The notes under the pieces were generated by a model. The model was not told the origin of the DNA. It ran no database searches and was given only the letters and a program-made list of their open reading frames with translations. The position numbers and the translations under genes are program-made. Shown piece after piece: positions 1-8,961 of a stretch of DNA of 64,000 nucleotides. The stretch is from Candidatus Levyibacteriota bacterium. GTDB taxonomy: Bacteria > Patescibacteriota > Microgenomatia > Levybacterales > UBA12049. How positions within the stretch are numbered: the first letter of the stretch is position 1; every line of letters begins with the position of its first letter. The DNA lies in assembly GCA_016199085.1 (NCBI GenBank), contig JACQHJ010000004.1, positions 16,926-80,925 of the forward strand, read 5' to 3'.

Positions 1-575
1 AAAGATGTATAAATTGTAAAAAATTGGGAGACTATCTTTGTCCTAACTGTTTTTCCTATTTATCTTTTGACAATAGAAGTTTTTGTATGATTTGTAAAAA
101 ACAAAGCGAAAATGGTTTAACGCACAAATTATGTAAGGATAAATATACAATTGACGGTTGTTTTAGCGCCTTGAAATACAATTATATGGCTAAAAAAATG
201 ATTTTTCAGTTTAAAAACAAACCCTATTTGACCGATTTGCAAAATTTCTTAACAGAGCTTTTTTATGAAAGTCTTATCCAAAACGAGGGATTTATAGAGC
301 TAGTTAAAAGAAGAAATTGGGTTTTTGTTGCAAGTCCTTTGTCAAAAGAAATTTTTAGAAAACGAGGATATAACCAGGCCGAAATACTAGCAAGATCTTT
401 AGGTAAAAAACTAAAAATACAGACAATAGATATTAATAAAATTAACAGAACTTTTAGAAATGTTTTTATAGTAGATGATGTGGTTAAAACTGGTAGAACT
501 TTGCAAAAAGCTTCAAATGATCTTAAAAGAAGAGGATCAAGAAGGGTTTACGGCTTAATTTTGGCAGGTTCATAG
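1..575 (+). CDS. ComF/ComFC-family phosphoribosyltransferase-like protein (5'-truncated at window edge)
   Basis: The frame is open from nt 3 (..CINCKK precedes the listed TTG at 24). N-terminal CxxC..CxxC pairs are followed by a PRTase-type PRPP loop, FIVDDVVKTGRT. Confidence 0.6.
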   Translation, partial: RCINCKKLGDYLCPNCFSYLSFDNRSFCMICKKQSENGLTHKLCKDKYTIDGCFSALKYNYMAKKMIFQFKNKPYLTDLQNFLTELFYESLIQNEGFIELVKRRNWVFVASPLSKEIFRKRGYNQAEILARSLGKKLKIQTIDINKINRTFRNVFIVDDVVKTGRTLQKASNDLKRRGSRRVYGLILAGS

Positions 576-599
576 CATACTGTATGCTACAAACTGCAT

Positions 600-746
600 A
601 TGAGAACCGATACTAGGGAAAATATCCTTAAATATATTAATAATCAATCCCAAACTAGAGCGGCTGATATTATACGAGTAATTAACATAACTAGTGCAAT
701 GGTGCACAGGCATCTTAGAAAACTGGAAAAGAGAGAAGTATCATAA
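600..746 (+). CDS. small winged-helix DNA-binding protein (48 aa), not in the ORF track
   Basis: ATG at 600 and TAA at 744. The translation is MRTDTRENILKYINNQSQTRAADIIRVINITSAMVHRHLRKLEKREVS. The HTH-like segment IRVINITSAMVHRHLRKLE resembles ArsR/MarR recognition helices. A perfect 7-bp inverted repeat (agcatac-t-gtatgct, 574-588) lies just upstream. Confidence 0.3.
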   Translation: MRTDTRENILKYINNQSQTRAADIIRVINITSAMVHRHLRKLEKREVS

Positions 747-798
747 GAATTGGTAAGCCTCCTAAAGTCTTTTACATCCCAATATCCAATAAAAAACC

Positions 799-825
799 CT
801 GAACATTATGTCAGGGTTTATGTGG
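799..825 (-). terminator. rho-independent terminator downstream of the fic gene (minus strand)
   Basis: The hairpin is aaccctgac/gtcagggtt. On the minus strand it is followed by TTTTTTATT. Confidence 0.4.
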
Positions 826-966
826 ATATAGATGAAAAAGCTTGGAACCGAATTGAAGACTATATTTTCAAGTGGTATCCGATACTACGAGGAATGAACC
901 TAGTCGCATCTTAAGGAAGCTAATTGGTTATCGCAAGATAGTAATGGAAACTTAAAGAGTAATATG

Positions 967-2313
967 CTATAAGGTGGGCTTTAAGACTAAGCTCTTTAAC
1001 TTATCTGAAACATAATATTTGTTATATTTTCCTTCTTTTTTACTTTCTAGTAACTCTTTTTCTTCTAGCTCTTTCAAATCAGAGAAAGCAGTTCTTCTGG
1101 CAATGTTATTGATTGACATATGAGATGAGGCGGTAACATAGTTTCTTTCGGATTCTGATAGTAAATAATGAATTAATTGTTTTTGTCTATCATTTAATAT
1201 TATTTTTTTACCAAGCGTTAGATCTATTTGCCTATTTTCCGCGTTAATTCTGTCGACATATTTTTTAAACTCTTCTAGGGATTGAATAATTTTTCTAATA
1301 TGATAATCATAAAAATAAGTTAAATCTAAATCATCTTGCTCAGCATATATATAGGCGTTTGCATACTGAATAGGGGAGTTTTTAATAATTGAAGAAATTG
1401 GTAGATACATAAAGGTCCAATAGCCTTTCCTTAACAGATACCAATAAAATAAAGCCCTAGCTAGCCTTCCGTTACCGTCAGTAAATGGATGTAGATAACC
1501 AACCCAAAAATGCAAAAATATGGCTTTTATTACAGGGTGAGTAAATATTTTATCATCTTTGTCATTTGCAAAATCTATAAGCTTCATAATCTCAGCATCT
1601 AAAAAGTCTTCTTTGGGTGGAGTGTGAGCTATATATTTAGAATTTCTAACAACAATATCGTCCGAGTCTTTTCTAAATCTATTTTGTTCCTCAGTGGGTA
1701 TTGTGCTCATTGTTAGCATGCCATGAATTTCAAATAATAACTCTTTTGATAACTCTTTATCTTTATATTCATCTTCAAGCATTTTCATCGTATTGTAGTT
1801 ATTTACAATCATCCTTTCAGAGTTATTTCTTGGAGGTCTGTTTTCTAAAAGCATCATCTTAGCTACTCTTCTTGTAGTGTTTGCTCCCTCTAATTGGCTT
1901 GAGGCAATAGCCTCTTCTAAAATACCTCTTGCTATAAATTTTTGTCTATTTTCTTCTTTTAGAGCTTCATAGGGTGCAAAAATTTGTCCACCAGTATGAA
2001 CGTCTATTTTATGTAAAAACTCATCCGTATATGTAAGCCTTAACCATGTAAAATATTCTCCATTTTCTGCTTTTATATGCGTTGGGTTTGAAGAGAGTTT
2101 TCTAATCTGTTTTACTAAGTACCAAAACTCTTCTCTTGAAAAATCATCTGGAACAGGTTTATATTTGCCTTTGTCCCAATATAAATATTCGGGCTCAGAA
2201 ATTCCCATAATAAATGGCATATATTTACGATCATTTTCTGTAAATCTTTTTAAAACAGATGGTTTATCTATCTTATCCAGGTTGGGCTTTTCTATTTTAT
2301 ATTGAACATCCAT
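967..2313 (-). CDS. Fic/Doc family protein (AMPylation-type Fic domain with C-terminal wHTH)
   Basis: Canonical Fic motif HPFTDGNGRLARAL. The ATG start is at 2311-2313. Confidence 0.85.
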   Translation of the reverse strand: MDVQYKIEKPNLDKIDKPSVLKRFTENDRKYMPFIMGISEPEYLYWDKGKYKPVPDDFSREEFWYLVKQIRKLSSNPTHIKAENGEYFTWLRLTYTDEFLHKIDVHTGGQIFAPYEALKEENRQKFIARGILEEAIASSQLEGANTTRRVAKMMLLENRPPRNNSERMIVNNYNTMKMLEDEYKDKELSKELLFEIHGMLTMSTIPTEEQNRFRKDSDDIVVRNSKYIAHTPPKEDFLDAEIMKLIDFANDKDDKIFTHPVIKAIFLHFWVGYLHPFTDGNGRLARALFYWYLLRKGYWTFMYLPISSIIKNSPIQYANAYIYAEQDDLDLTYFYDYHIRKIIQSLEEFKKYVDRINAENRQIDLTLGKKIILNDRQKQLIHYLLSESERNYVTASSHMSINNIARRTAFSDLKELEEKELLESKKEGKYNKYYVSDKLKSLVLKPTL

Positions 2314-2333
2314 AATGTAATTATATTACATGT

Positions 2334-2444
2334 GCAACATATGTGCAAATATAGGCAGTTTGCCTATATCTAAAGCTTATTATTTTTATTATTTAGTATA
2401 AACACAGGCAACATATGTGCAATATATAGGTAAATTGCCTATAT
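2334..2444. repeat. two tandem ~36-38 bp imperfect direct repeats, each with an internal palindrome, in the fic promoter region
   Basis: Copy 1 (2334-2369) is gcaacatatgtgcaaatataggcagtttgcctatat. Copy 2 (2407-2444) is ggcaacatatgtgcaatatataggtaaattgcctatat. Each contains the inverted repeat ATATAGGCA..TGCCTATAT. Confidence 0.5.
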
Positions 2445-2465
2445 TCTCCTTTCAGCCTAATCACG

Positions 2466-2488
2466 AAAAAGCCTCCCGTTAAGGAGGC
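2466..2488 (-). terminator. rho-independent terminator immediately after the tmRNA 3' end
   Basis: Minus-strand GCCUCC-UUAACG-GGAGGC followed by UUUUU. Confidence 0.5.
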
Positions 2489-2490
2489 TA

Positions 2491-2908
2491 GTGTGGAGAT
2501 GTCCGAGAGTGACTCGGAGTCCAAGAAGGCATTTTTAAAAATGTCTACAAGCTTAGTTTGTTGTTTTTTGATCACTCTACTCTTTGAAAACAAACGTTCA
2601 TAAGTAAAGCCAAGGTTATAAATTCAATAAGGAACTAACCAGCCTCCTTATCAATTCCTAGGCTAAGTTTATGCCCAAAATGTTCCACCTAGGGAAAACA
2701 TTAAGGACATTTCTAAAAGTAAGCTTAAGCAGCTAGTGCTAAAGCTGGCTGTCTAGAAAAACCAAAAAGCTCAGCAAGAATTGCTGCCTTCTCGGCTAGT
2801 AATGCTTTTTTATTAGCATTTATATTTTGATTCTTGTTTTACGTCTACTAATCAAAGACGGCTTGCATTTTTTAAAGTGCTAAATCTTGTCGATGCAATT
2901 GCATCCCC
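2491..2908 (-). ncRNA. ssrA: tmRNA (transfer-messenger RNA)
   Basis: The minus-strand 5' end GGGGAUGCAAUUGCAUCGACAAGAUUUAGC resembles the tmRNA 5' tRNA-like domain (GGGGCUGAUUCUGGAUUCGAC..). An internal reading frame ends ..S R Q P A L A L A A-UAA (plus-strand 2723-2760), a typical tag peptide. The 3' end has a T-arm-like hairpin and an acceptor 3' strand CAUCUCC pairing with the 5' GGGGAUG. It lies immediately downstream of smpB. Confidence 0.7.
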
Positions 2909-2951
2909 AATGACGTAATTCTACCCTAATGAAGCTAAGATGTCAAGCTCT

Positions 2952-3383
2952 TCAGGCTAATTCCTGGTCTAAATTCCTATTTATGTCACGTCTTTTTAAA
3001 GCCTGCCTTTTATCATATTTTTTCTTTCCCTTGCCCAAGGCTATCTGGAGTTTTACAAAGCCGTTTTTTAAATACATTGAAACTGGAACCAAAGTTAAAT
3101 TGCTTCCATCAGTCTTTGACTTAAGGCTAATAATCTCTTTTTTATGCATTAGAAGCTTTCTTGTTCTGTGCTGGTTATATCCTTCGACCTGGCCGGGCTG
3201 ATAGGGGAATATCTTTGCATTTACCAAATATGCTTCAGATCCCAAGATTCTGACAAAGCTTCCTGATAAATCGGCTTTTCCACCTCTAACCGATTTTACC
3301 TCATGGCCATACAAATTAATTCCTGCTTCAAAGGATTCTGTCAATTGATAATCAAAAAATGCCTTTCTATTGGTAATCTTCAT
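2952..3383 (-). CDS. smpB: SsrA-binding protein SmpB
   Basis: Motifs NRKAFFDY..GHEVKS..G..L..A; 143-149 aa. The listed start at 3401 is a TTG, so the ATG at 3383 is preferred. Confidence 0.9.
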   Translation of the reverse strand: MKITNRKAFFDYQLTESFEAGINLYGHEVKSVRGGKADLSGSFVRILGSEAYLVNAKIFPYQPGQVEGYNQHRTRKLLMHKKEIISLKSKTDGSNLTLVPVSMYLKNGFVKLQIALGKGKKKYDKRQALKRRDINRNLDQELA

Positions 3384-3419
3384 AAGGCTATGATACGCCA
3401 AAAGCGGAGAATTGGCAAT

Positions 3420-5216
3420 TTATTTGAGGTCTATTTGGTAGATTTTACCATTATTTAAAACAAAGATTTTTTTATCTGTCTCTAAGACTTCAAAGTCTTT
3501 TGCGTTTTTAACAACACCTGAGAGATATTGAGCTTTAAAACTGCCTGTTTTATCAAAAACGACGACTCTTGAATTTCCTTTATCCAAGATATAAATATTG
3601 TCAAAATCAGGATTTGCATAGATTTTAGTAGGATTTGCTAAGGGCTTGTCTAATCCTTTTAGACTAAAATCTTGGGCTTGACCTTTAAAGTATTTAACGA
3701 CGTTGCCATCGTTAAAAAGCACATAAACGTTATTGTCAATTGCAACCGAAACCGCATTGCCAAAATCCGGGGTGACGCTTGCAGGGAAATAATTGGATTT
3801 TTGATACTGTGAGCCTGTGTTGACAAATTTTAAGATCTGGTTTTCATCTTTTTCTAAGACATAAAGGTTGGTGTTATAAACAGCCATTCCTCCGATTGTT
3901 TTCCAGTCATTATCGTTTTCAAAAAGAGTTTTAGATGATGTTTGTCCGTTTGCAATTGAGGAAAGTTTTGATGCGTCTACAAGATACGTGTTTTTACCAT
4001 CATATGTTGCATCAAGGGCGTTTTCTTTTGTCTGGGTAGAAAGATATGGGCTTTGAGAAAGATCTACTTCTTTTGCATTTACAGCCTCTGATATTGCCGA
4101 AGAACCAAGAGCTTCATCGATTTTTGTAAGTAAATCGTTTACTTTTTTCTCTTCTTCGGATCCTTTGGGAAGAGTATCTTTGCCACTGTCTAAGATTGTC
4201 TTTGCTTGATTAAAACTGTCTTTGGCAAGGGTTTGGTTTAAATCCATGAGCCCTTGTCCTTCTTCATATTTTTTAAGCGCGGCCGGATAAATACTGTTAA
4301 ACTGGCTTTGAACTTTTTCAACTCCTTGTTTTTGAAGAGCAAAAAAAATACTTCCGACAAACAAGAAAACAATGACAACAACAATAAAAAGAATTAATTT
4401 TCTGGGCTGACTTAGGCCTGAAAATGAAGGGATCTTAAATCTTTTAAACAAAGACAGCGGAGCAAGAATTTTTGTTAATAAACCAGTCTTAGGCTGGGTT
4501 TCGCTTTCGGAAAAATATTCGGTTCTACTTTCTGTTTGTTGATCCTCGGGCATGCTTTCTTGAACTTTTTCTTCCTGGGGTTTTTCTTCTGTAGCAAAAG
4601 CCTCAGCGGGAGCGGGTTCTTTGTAGTTTACTATTATTGCCGACGCCGTTGGATTTTCCTTTTCATGGACCAAGGGAGCAAGGTTTTCCGAAGCATCGGT
4701 TATAGTTGAATTTTCCAAAAACTCCAAAAGAGTTGAGTCTGAGATGACGTCAGAAAATTTCCTGGTTTGTAATACAAGGACATCTCCTTCTTGTAAAAAA
4801 CCTGAAGCTTCTTTTAGTAAGTCATTTGGTTGGTTAGTTGCTTCTAAAAGCGTTCCCAAAGTTCCGGCTCTTTTAATATCTGCTTTTCCGTTTCCAAGGA
4901 TATATAAATACAGTACGTTTCCCACAATTGATCCGACGACAAAGGAAAGCGAAACATTTTGGGGGACTTTACCAAGAGTTGTTAATACCGCCTGTTTTAT
5001 TGACTCCAGATCTTTTGTTTCAAGAGTAAAATATTCCTGCTCAAGCGTATTTAAGATTTCTTTTCCGACAACATTTAAATAATCTTTTTCTTCAACTTCA
5101 GGCTCTTTCTCTAAAGAAATGACTGCAAAGAGCTTACCTGCGCTATATGCCTGTGACCAACCGTATTGAGTTGGATTGGCGACTATTTTAGCAAAGTTTA
5201 GATTAGATTCTGCCAT
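3420..5216 (-). CDS. single-pass membrane protein with C-terminal beta-propeller-like repeats (function unknown)
   Basis: Central TM segment LILFIVVVIVFLFVGSIFFAL. The C-terminus has repeated NxYVLx..G.V..F units (NTYLVD, NLYVLE, NVYVLFNDGNVVKYF, NIYILDKGNSRVVVF, KIFVLNNGKIYQI). The listed start at 5237 is a TTG, so the ATG at 5216 is preferred. Confidence 0.5.
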   Translation of the reverse strand: MAESNLNFAKIVANPTQYGWSQAYSAGKLFAVISLEKEPEVEEKDYLNVVGKEILNTLEQEYFTLETKDLESIKQAVLTTLGKVPQNVSLSFVVGSIVGNVLYLYILGNGKADIKRAGTLGTLLEATNQPNDLLKEASGFLQEGDVLVLQTRKFSDVISDSTLLEFLENSTITDASENLAPLVHEKENPTASAIIVNYKEPAPAEAFATEEKPQEEKVQESMPEDQQTESRTEYFSESETQPKTGLLTKILAPLSLFKRFKIPSFSGLSQPRKLILFIVVVIVFLFVGSIFFALQKQGVEKVQSQFNSIYPAALKKYEEGQGLMDLNQTLAKDSFNQAKTILDSGKDTLPKGSEEEKKVNDLLTKIDEALGSSAISEAVNAKEVDLSQSPYLSTQTKENALDATYDGKNTYLVDASKLSSIANGQTSSKTLFENDNDWKTIGGMAVYNTNLYVLEKDENQILKFVNTGSQYQKSNYFPASVTPDFGNAVSVAIDNNVYVLFNDGNVVKYFKGQAQDFSLKGLDKPLANPTKIYANPDFDNIYILDKGNSRVVVFDKTGSFKAQYLSGVVKNAKDFEVLETDKKIFVLNNGKIYQIDLK

Positions 5217-5223
5217 ATTTCCT

Positions 5224-5457
5224 CTATAGTATAACAAGGGCTGTCAAAAAAAGCGAAACAGAGCCGATAAGCAAAAGAATAATAATAGATCTTAGGACAA
5301 AAGAATCATTTATATCATAAACCAAAGATTGCATAAGCGTTACCTGTCTAAAAACTACGATTAGAAAGAAAATAAACAAAAGATCGGTTATCAAGAAAAA
5401 AACCTTACTAAGCGAAAGTATAAAATTGTTTCCAAAAAATAGATTAAATATTTCCAT
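5224..5457 (-). CDS. small hydrophobic membrane protein (77 aa)
   Basis: ATG start, two predicted TM helices, and tightly packed between flanking genes with no overlap once the downstream start is corrected. Confidence 0.35.
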   Translation of the reverse strand: MEIFNLFFGNNFILSLSKVFFLITDLLFIFFLIVVFRQVTLMQSLVYDINDSFVLRSIIILLLIGSVSLFLTALVIL

Positions 5458-6127
5458 GGCCCCTTCTTCCTATCAAATCTTCAATGATATGAACTGCATT
5501 TTCTGGCTGGGGAGCCGCCTCAAACTCAAAGTTTTCATAAGTTCCGGCAGTCTGGACAAATACGTCTCCGTAGTTGAAAAAAGTCCTCACAACGCCTATT
5601 TGGTTAAAACTAACGTCTTGAACCAGGGAGAGTTTGGTCGCGGCTATGTTTTTGTAAATAAGACCTGAGAAATCTATATCAATAATTCTGATATTGGTTA
5701 CAAAAGCAATATTAAAATACCACGTAATAAAGTTGACATAGATATAAGCTAGAATAATCAAATAATAAAAAAGCAAAAAGTAAATAACATAAATTAAGGG
5801 GAAAGTGATTATTTGATTGCCAAAGTTTACAAAGATAAAGATAAGTGGGGGAAGGAGTAGGAATATGGCACTTATAAATAGCCATTTAAAGTTAGTAATA
5901 ATAGCCTTTCTTATAAATAAGAGAATTTTTTCCTCTCTTTCCTGGTTTTTAAAACGTATTCCTCTTGGGTTTTTAGAAAAAGCAGAAAACAACTGCATTC
6001 GCCTTGAAGAATAGTTATTGTCGTTAAGAGGATGAAGACCAGCATGTTCTCCATGACTTGTCGGCTCACTTGAACTATCGGCAGGAGTTGGTATTTGGTT
6101 TTCCGTGGCAACAAAAATATCTGGCAT
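5444..6127 (-). CDS. membrane protein, possible bacterial PH (bPH)-like C-terminal domain
   Basis: Two or three TM helices are followed by a ~100-aa soluble domain. No catalytic motif was found. Confidence 0.45.
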   Translation of the reverse strand: MPDIFVATENQIPTPADSSSEPTSHGEHAGLHPLNDNNYSSRRMQLFSAFSKNPRGIRFKNQEREEKILLFIRKAIITNFKWLFISAIFLLLPPLIFIFVNFGNQIITFPLIYVIYFLLFYYLIILAYIYVNFITWYFNIAFVTNIRIIDIDFSGLIYKNIAATKLSLVQDVSFNQIGVVRTFFNYGDVFVQTAGTYENFEFEAAPQPENAVHIIEDLIGRRGHGNI

Positions 6128-6131
6128 AGGT

Positions 6132-7835
6132 CTACCTTTGCTCTATATTATACAACGGACCGACTATTTGTATATTGGCAGGAGCTCTTAGGTTAAACCA
6201 GTCTTTAAATTCTGAACCGCTGACTGAAAAGCCACTTCCGTCACCAGAGATATTAACGGTTGAGGTTCTGCCTGACCCAAAGTCTGCGCTTATCGAAACA
6301 GAGGAGACGTTGTTAAAAGGAGTGATATTTCTATTCTTAAGCTCCTGTTTTACTTTATCTTCATTCCAAGTTTCGGTTCCGGCAGGATTTGGCTTATCTG
6401 TTTGGTATAGATGTTCAGCGGTTGAAGAGTCGGCTTTTGCCAATAAAATTATATTTGCGATATCTGCAATCTCAGAAGATTTTAACCACGCTGTTTTATT
6501 GTAACTTGCTCTTGATCCCCAGTCGCAGTAAAACCAGGGGGAGTCTTTGTCATAGGCATTAGATGTAAGTTCTGAAAAACCTCCTGCAGAACCGCTTGTC
6601 GTATCTGTTGCGTGCTTTGTCCATGAAGTATCGCTCCAGCCGATTTCAGAAGTTGAGAAAATATATCCTCCGTGAGTTGATGAATACCATGCCTTTACAG
6701 GATTTCCTCCCGAAACCATGACCCAGCCTTTTGTTTCGTTGACAGCCTGTTCCCAGCGTCCTCCTTTTGGATCTGGTTTAAAAACCTGACAACTCTGGGT
6801 GGTACAAATACTGCCTGCTCCATTATTTGTATACGAGAGAGCATAGCTTCTTGCGGCAATTGCCTGGGCCTTTAGAGCCTCCATCTCCCAGGATTCTGGC
6901 ATTTCATAGATTCTTTTAACATATTCTTCAATATTGTATCCGCCGTATCCTTCAACGTTGATATTAATATCTGCTGAGTAGTCTTTTTTAAGTTCAAAGC
7001 TTTGGTAATAGGCGTTTAAGATAGATTCGGCGTTTTGTCCGGCTTTTGCTCTTCCGTTTGCACCGTACTGGTTAAGCCCTGTTCTATTTGGAACTCCGTA
7101 AGTGAAAAAGGCAAATCTTGGAGAAAAACCCGGATCCTTATCTCTGTCGTCGACACAGCCTGACATACCCGTACTTGCAGATCTTGGAATATTAAGACTT
7201 GCAAGTCTCTGGGCTAAAATTTCCTGTTGTCTTGCCGAGATTTTGGCAATCTGGGAAGAAAGTGAAGCCTGGTATGTTTTTGCCTCTAGGACTACTTTGT
7301 CCAGTTTTTCCTTAACTACGACAATCTCTATTTTTTCACTCTCAAGTTCTTTTTGTCTTTGTTCAAGGTTGGTGATGGAAATAACAATATTGGTGATTAT
7401 TGCCTTATCCCGATCAGTTGCGACTTTTTGATATTCCAAAGTTTGGGTCAGCTCTGAAACTGAATTTGAAGAAAGAAGCAAAAGTAAGGGAGAGTTATAG
7501 TAGGATTTTATGTAATAATCCCTAATCGTTGTATATAAAATTTGTTGCTGTTTCTCAAGATTTTTATAACTTTCATTGATATTTTTTTCTTTAACGACTA
7601 GGTCTTTTTCAATAAAATTTACCCTTTTTTGTATTGCATTAACCTGTTCTTCTAGAGGTTTTGTTGCTTTTTCAGACTGGCTTTTAGCTTCGTTTAGTTG
7701 GTCCAAGCACTTTTCCAGCTGGTCAAGATCAAGCGCTGAGGGATTATCGCAGTTTTGGCTTTGTGCATTGACAAAGTTAGCTACAAAAAAAATGCCAACA
7801 ACGGTTAAAAGAATTGAAAAGAGCAGTTTTTTCAT
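6132..7835 (-). CDS. secreted coiled-coil protein with C-terminal SpoIID/LytB-like domain
   Basis: Signal peptide, ~250 aa of heptad-rich sequence, then GYGGYNIEEYVKRIYEMPESWEMEALKAQAIAARSYALS matching the SpoIID/LytB signature (..EEYL..V...EMP.SWP.EALKAQAVAARTYAL). Confidence 0.7.
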   Translation of the reverse strand: MKKLLFSILLTVVGIFFVANFVNAQSQNCDNPSALDLDQLEKCLDQLNEAKSQSEKATKPLEEQVNAIQKRVNFIEKDLVVKEKNINESYKNLEKQQQILYTTIRDYYIKSYYNSPLLLLLSSNSVSELTQTLEYQKVATDRDKAIITNIVISITNLEQRQKELESEKIEIVVVKEKLDKVVLEAKTYQASLSSQIAKISARQQEILAQRLASLNIPRSASTGMSGCVDDRDKDPGFSPRFAFFTYGVPNRTGLNQYGANGRAKAGQNAESILNAYYQSFELKKDYSADININVEGYGGYNIEEYVKRIYEMPESWEMEALKAQAIAARSYALSYTNNGAGSICTTQSCQVFKPDPKGGRWEQAVNETKGWVMVSGGNPVKAWYSSTHGGYIFSTSEIGWSDTSWTKHATDTTSGSAGGFSELTSNAYDKDSPWFYCDWGSRASYNKTAWLKSSEIADIANIILLAKADSSTAEHLYQTDKPNPAGTETWNEDKVKQELKNRNITPFNNVSSVSISADFGSGRTSTVNISGDGSGFSVSGSEFKDWFNLRAPANIQIVGPLYNIEQR

Positions 7836-7924
7836 TTAAGTATTTTATTATACCAGATTAGCTTTAAAGTCTTGTTGCAAAAACAAAAACAATGTGATAC
7901 CCTTACCCCAAGGAATTTAGGCAG

Positions 7925-8518
7925 ATGGAAGAAAATCAAAATTTAGAAACGCCTGCTCAATTTGCTCCTGCTCCAAAGAGAAAGATCAATAAAAGATTTA
8001 TTTATTTAATTGGCTTTGTCGTTTTTTTACTGATTGCCTTTGCGGGATATAAGCTTTTGGGTTCACAAACCCCACCTCCTGGGGAAACTTCTTCCCAAAC
8101 ACCGACTCCTACGGAATTTATTATTCCAACAGATACGCCAACGCCTGCAGTCGAAACACCAACGCCTACAGAAAAGATTACCGAAACACCGACTCCAAGA
8201 CCAACGCAAAATCCTTTAGACAGCGCATCAGGACTTGACAGAAGCGAGCTTTCTGTTACTGTTCAAAACGGAAGCGGAGAAGCTGGAGTTGCCAAAAAAG
8301 GAGCAGATTTTCTAGTCAGTCTTGGCTATAACGTTTCTTCTCCTTCAAACGCTGATAAAGAAGACTATGCTGGCGTTACAATTCAGGTAAAGGCGGCAAG
8401 CAGTAAGTATTTAACTCTTTTAAAAAACGATTTAACAGCTGAATACACTGTTTCATCTTCCTCTTCTGATCTTGCAGATAGTTTTTCCACCGACGCTTTG
8501 GTTATAATAGGAAAGTAA
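7925..8518 (+). CDS. membrane-anchored LytR_C (LytR/CpsA/Psr C-terminal) domain protein
   Basis: N-terminal TM, Pro/Thr-rich linker, then LSVTVQNGSGEAGVAKKGADFLVSLGYNV typical of LytR_C. Confidence 0.6.
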   Translation: MEENQNLETPAQFAPAPKRKINKRFIYLIGFVVFLLIAFAGYKLLGSQTPPPGETSSQTPTPTEFIIPTDTPTPAVETPTPTEKITETPTPRPTQNPLDSASGLDRSELSVTVQNGSGEAGVAKKGADFLVSLGYNVSSPSNADKEDYAGVTIQVKAASSKYLTLLKNDLTAEYTVSSSSSDLADSFSTDALVIIGK

Positions 8519-8958
8519 TGACTATTTTCTTAGGAGCTGACCACAGAGGTTTTACGCTTAAAAACCAAATTAAATCCTGGCTTTTGGAGAAAGATTTTGA
8601 TGTACAAGATCTAGGAGCAAAGTCATACGTTACTAACGATGATTTCGTAGAATATGCCGTTAGTGCCGGAGAAAGAGTGGCAGAGGAAAAAGGCACAAAA
8701 GGAATTGTTGTTTGCGGATCGGGTGCTGGAGTTGAGATTGCAACCAACAAAGTAAAGGGAGCAAGATGCACGTTGGGTCAGTCAGCAGAGCAGGTTAAAA
8801 AAGCAAGAGAGGCAGACGACGTAAATGTACTTGCTATTGCATCTGATTTTACTAATTTTGAAAAGGCACAAAAGATAATTGAATCATTTTTACAAACCTC
8901 ATTTGTCCCAAGCGAAAACCACACGAGAAGAATTGAAAAAATAAGTAAACTTGACTAA
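8518..8958 (+). CDS. rpiB: ribose-5-phosphate isomerase B (RpiB/LacAB family)
   Basis: IFLGADHRGF..GIVVCGSGAGVEIATNKVKGARC. Confidence 0.85.
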   Translation: MTIFLGADHRGFTLKNQIKSWLLEKDFDVQDLGAKSYVTNDDFVEYAVSAGERVAEEKGTKGIVVCGSGAGVEIATNKVKGARCTLGQSAEQVKKAREADDVNVLAIASDFTNFEKAQKIIESFLQTSFVPSENHTRRIEKISKLD

Positions 8959-8961
8959 TTT

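Noticed and set aside
2393-2593. 66-aa ORF on the minus strand
   Set aside because: It lies inside the tmRNA gene and its terminator. It has no RBS, so it is a spurious ORF.
2314-2951. Genomic island integrated at ssrA
   Set aside because: There is no integrase or excisionase adjacent. The repeats are tandem within the fic promoter and do not flank a block.
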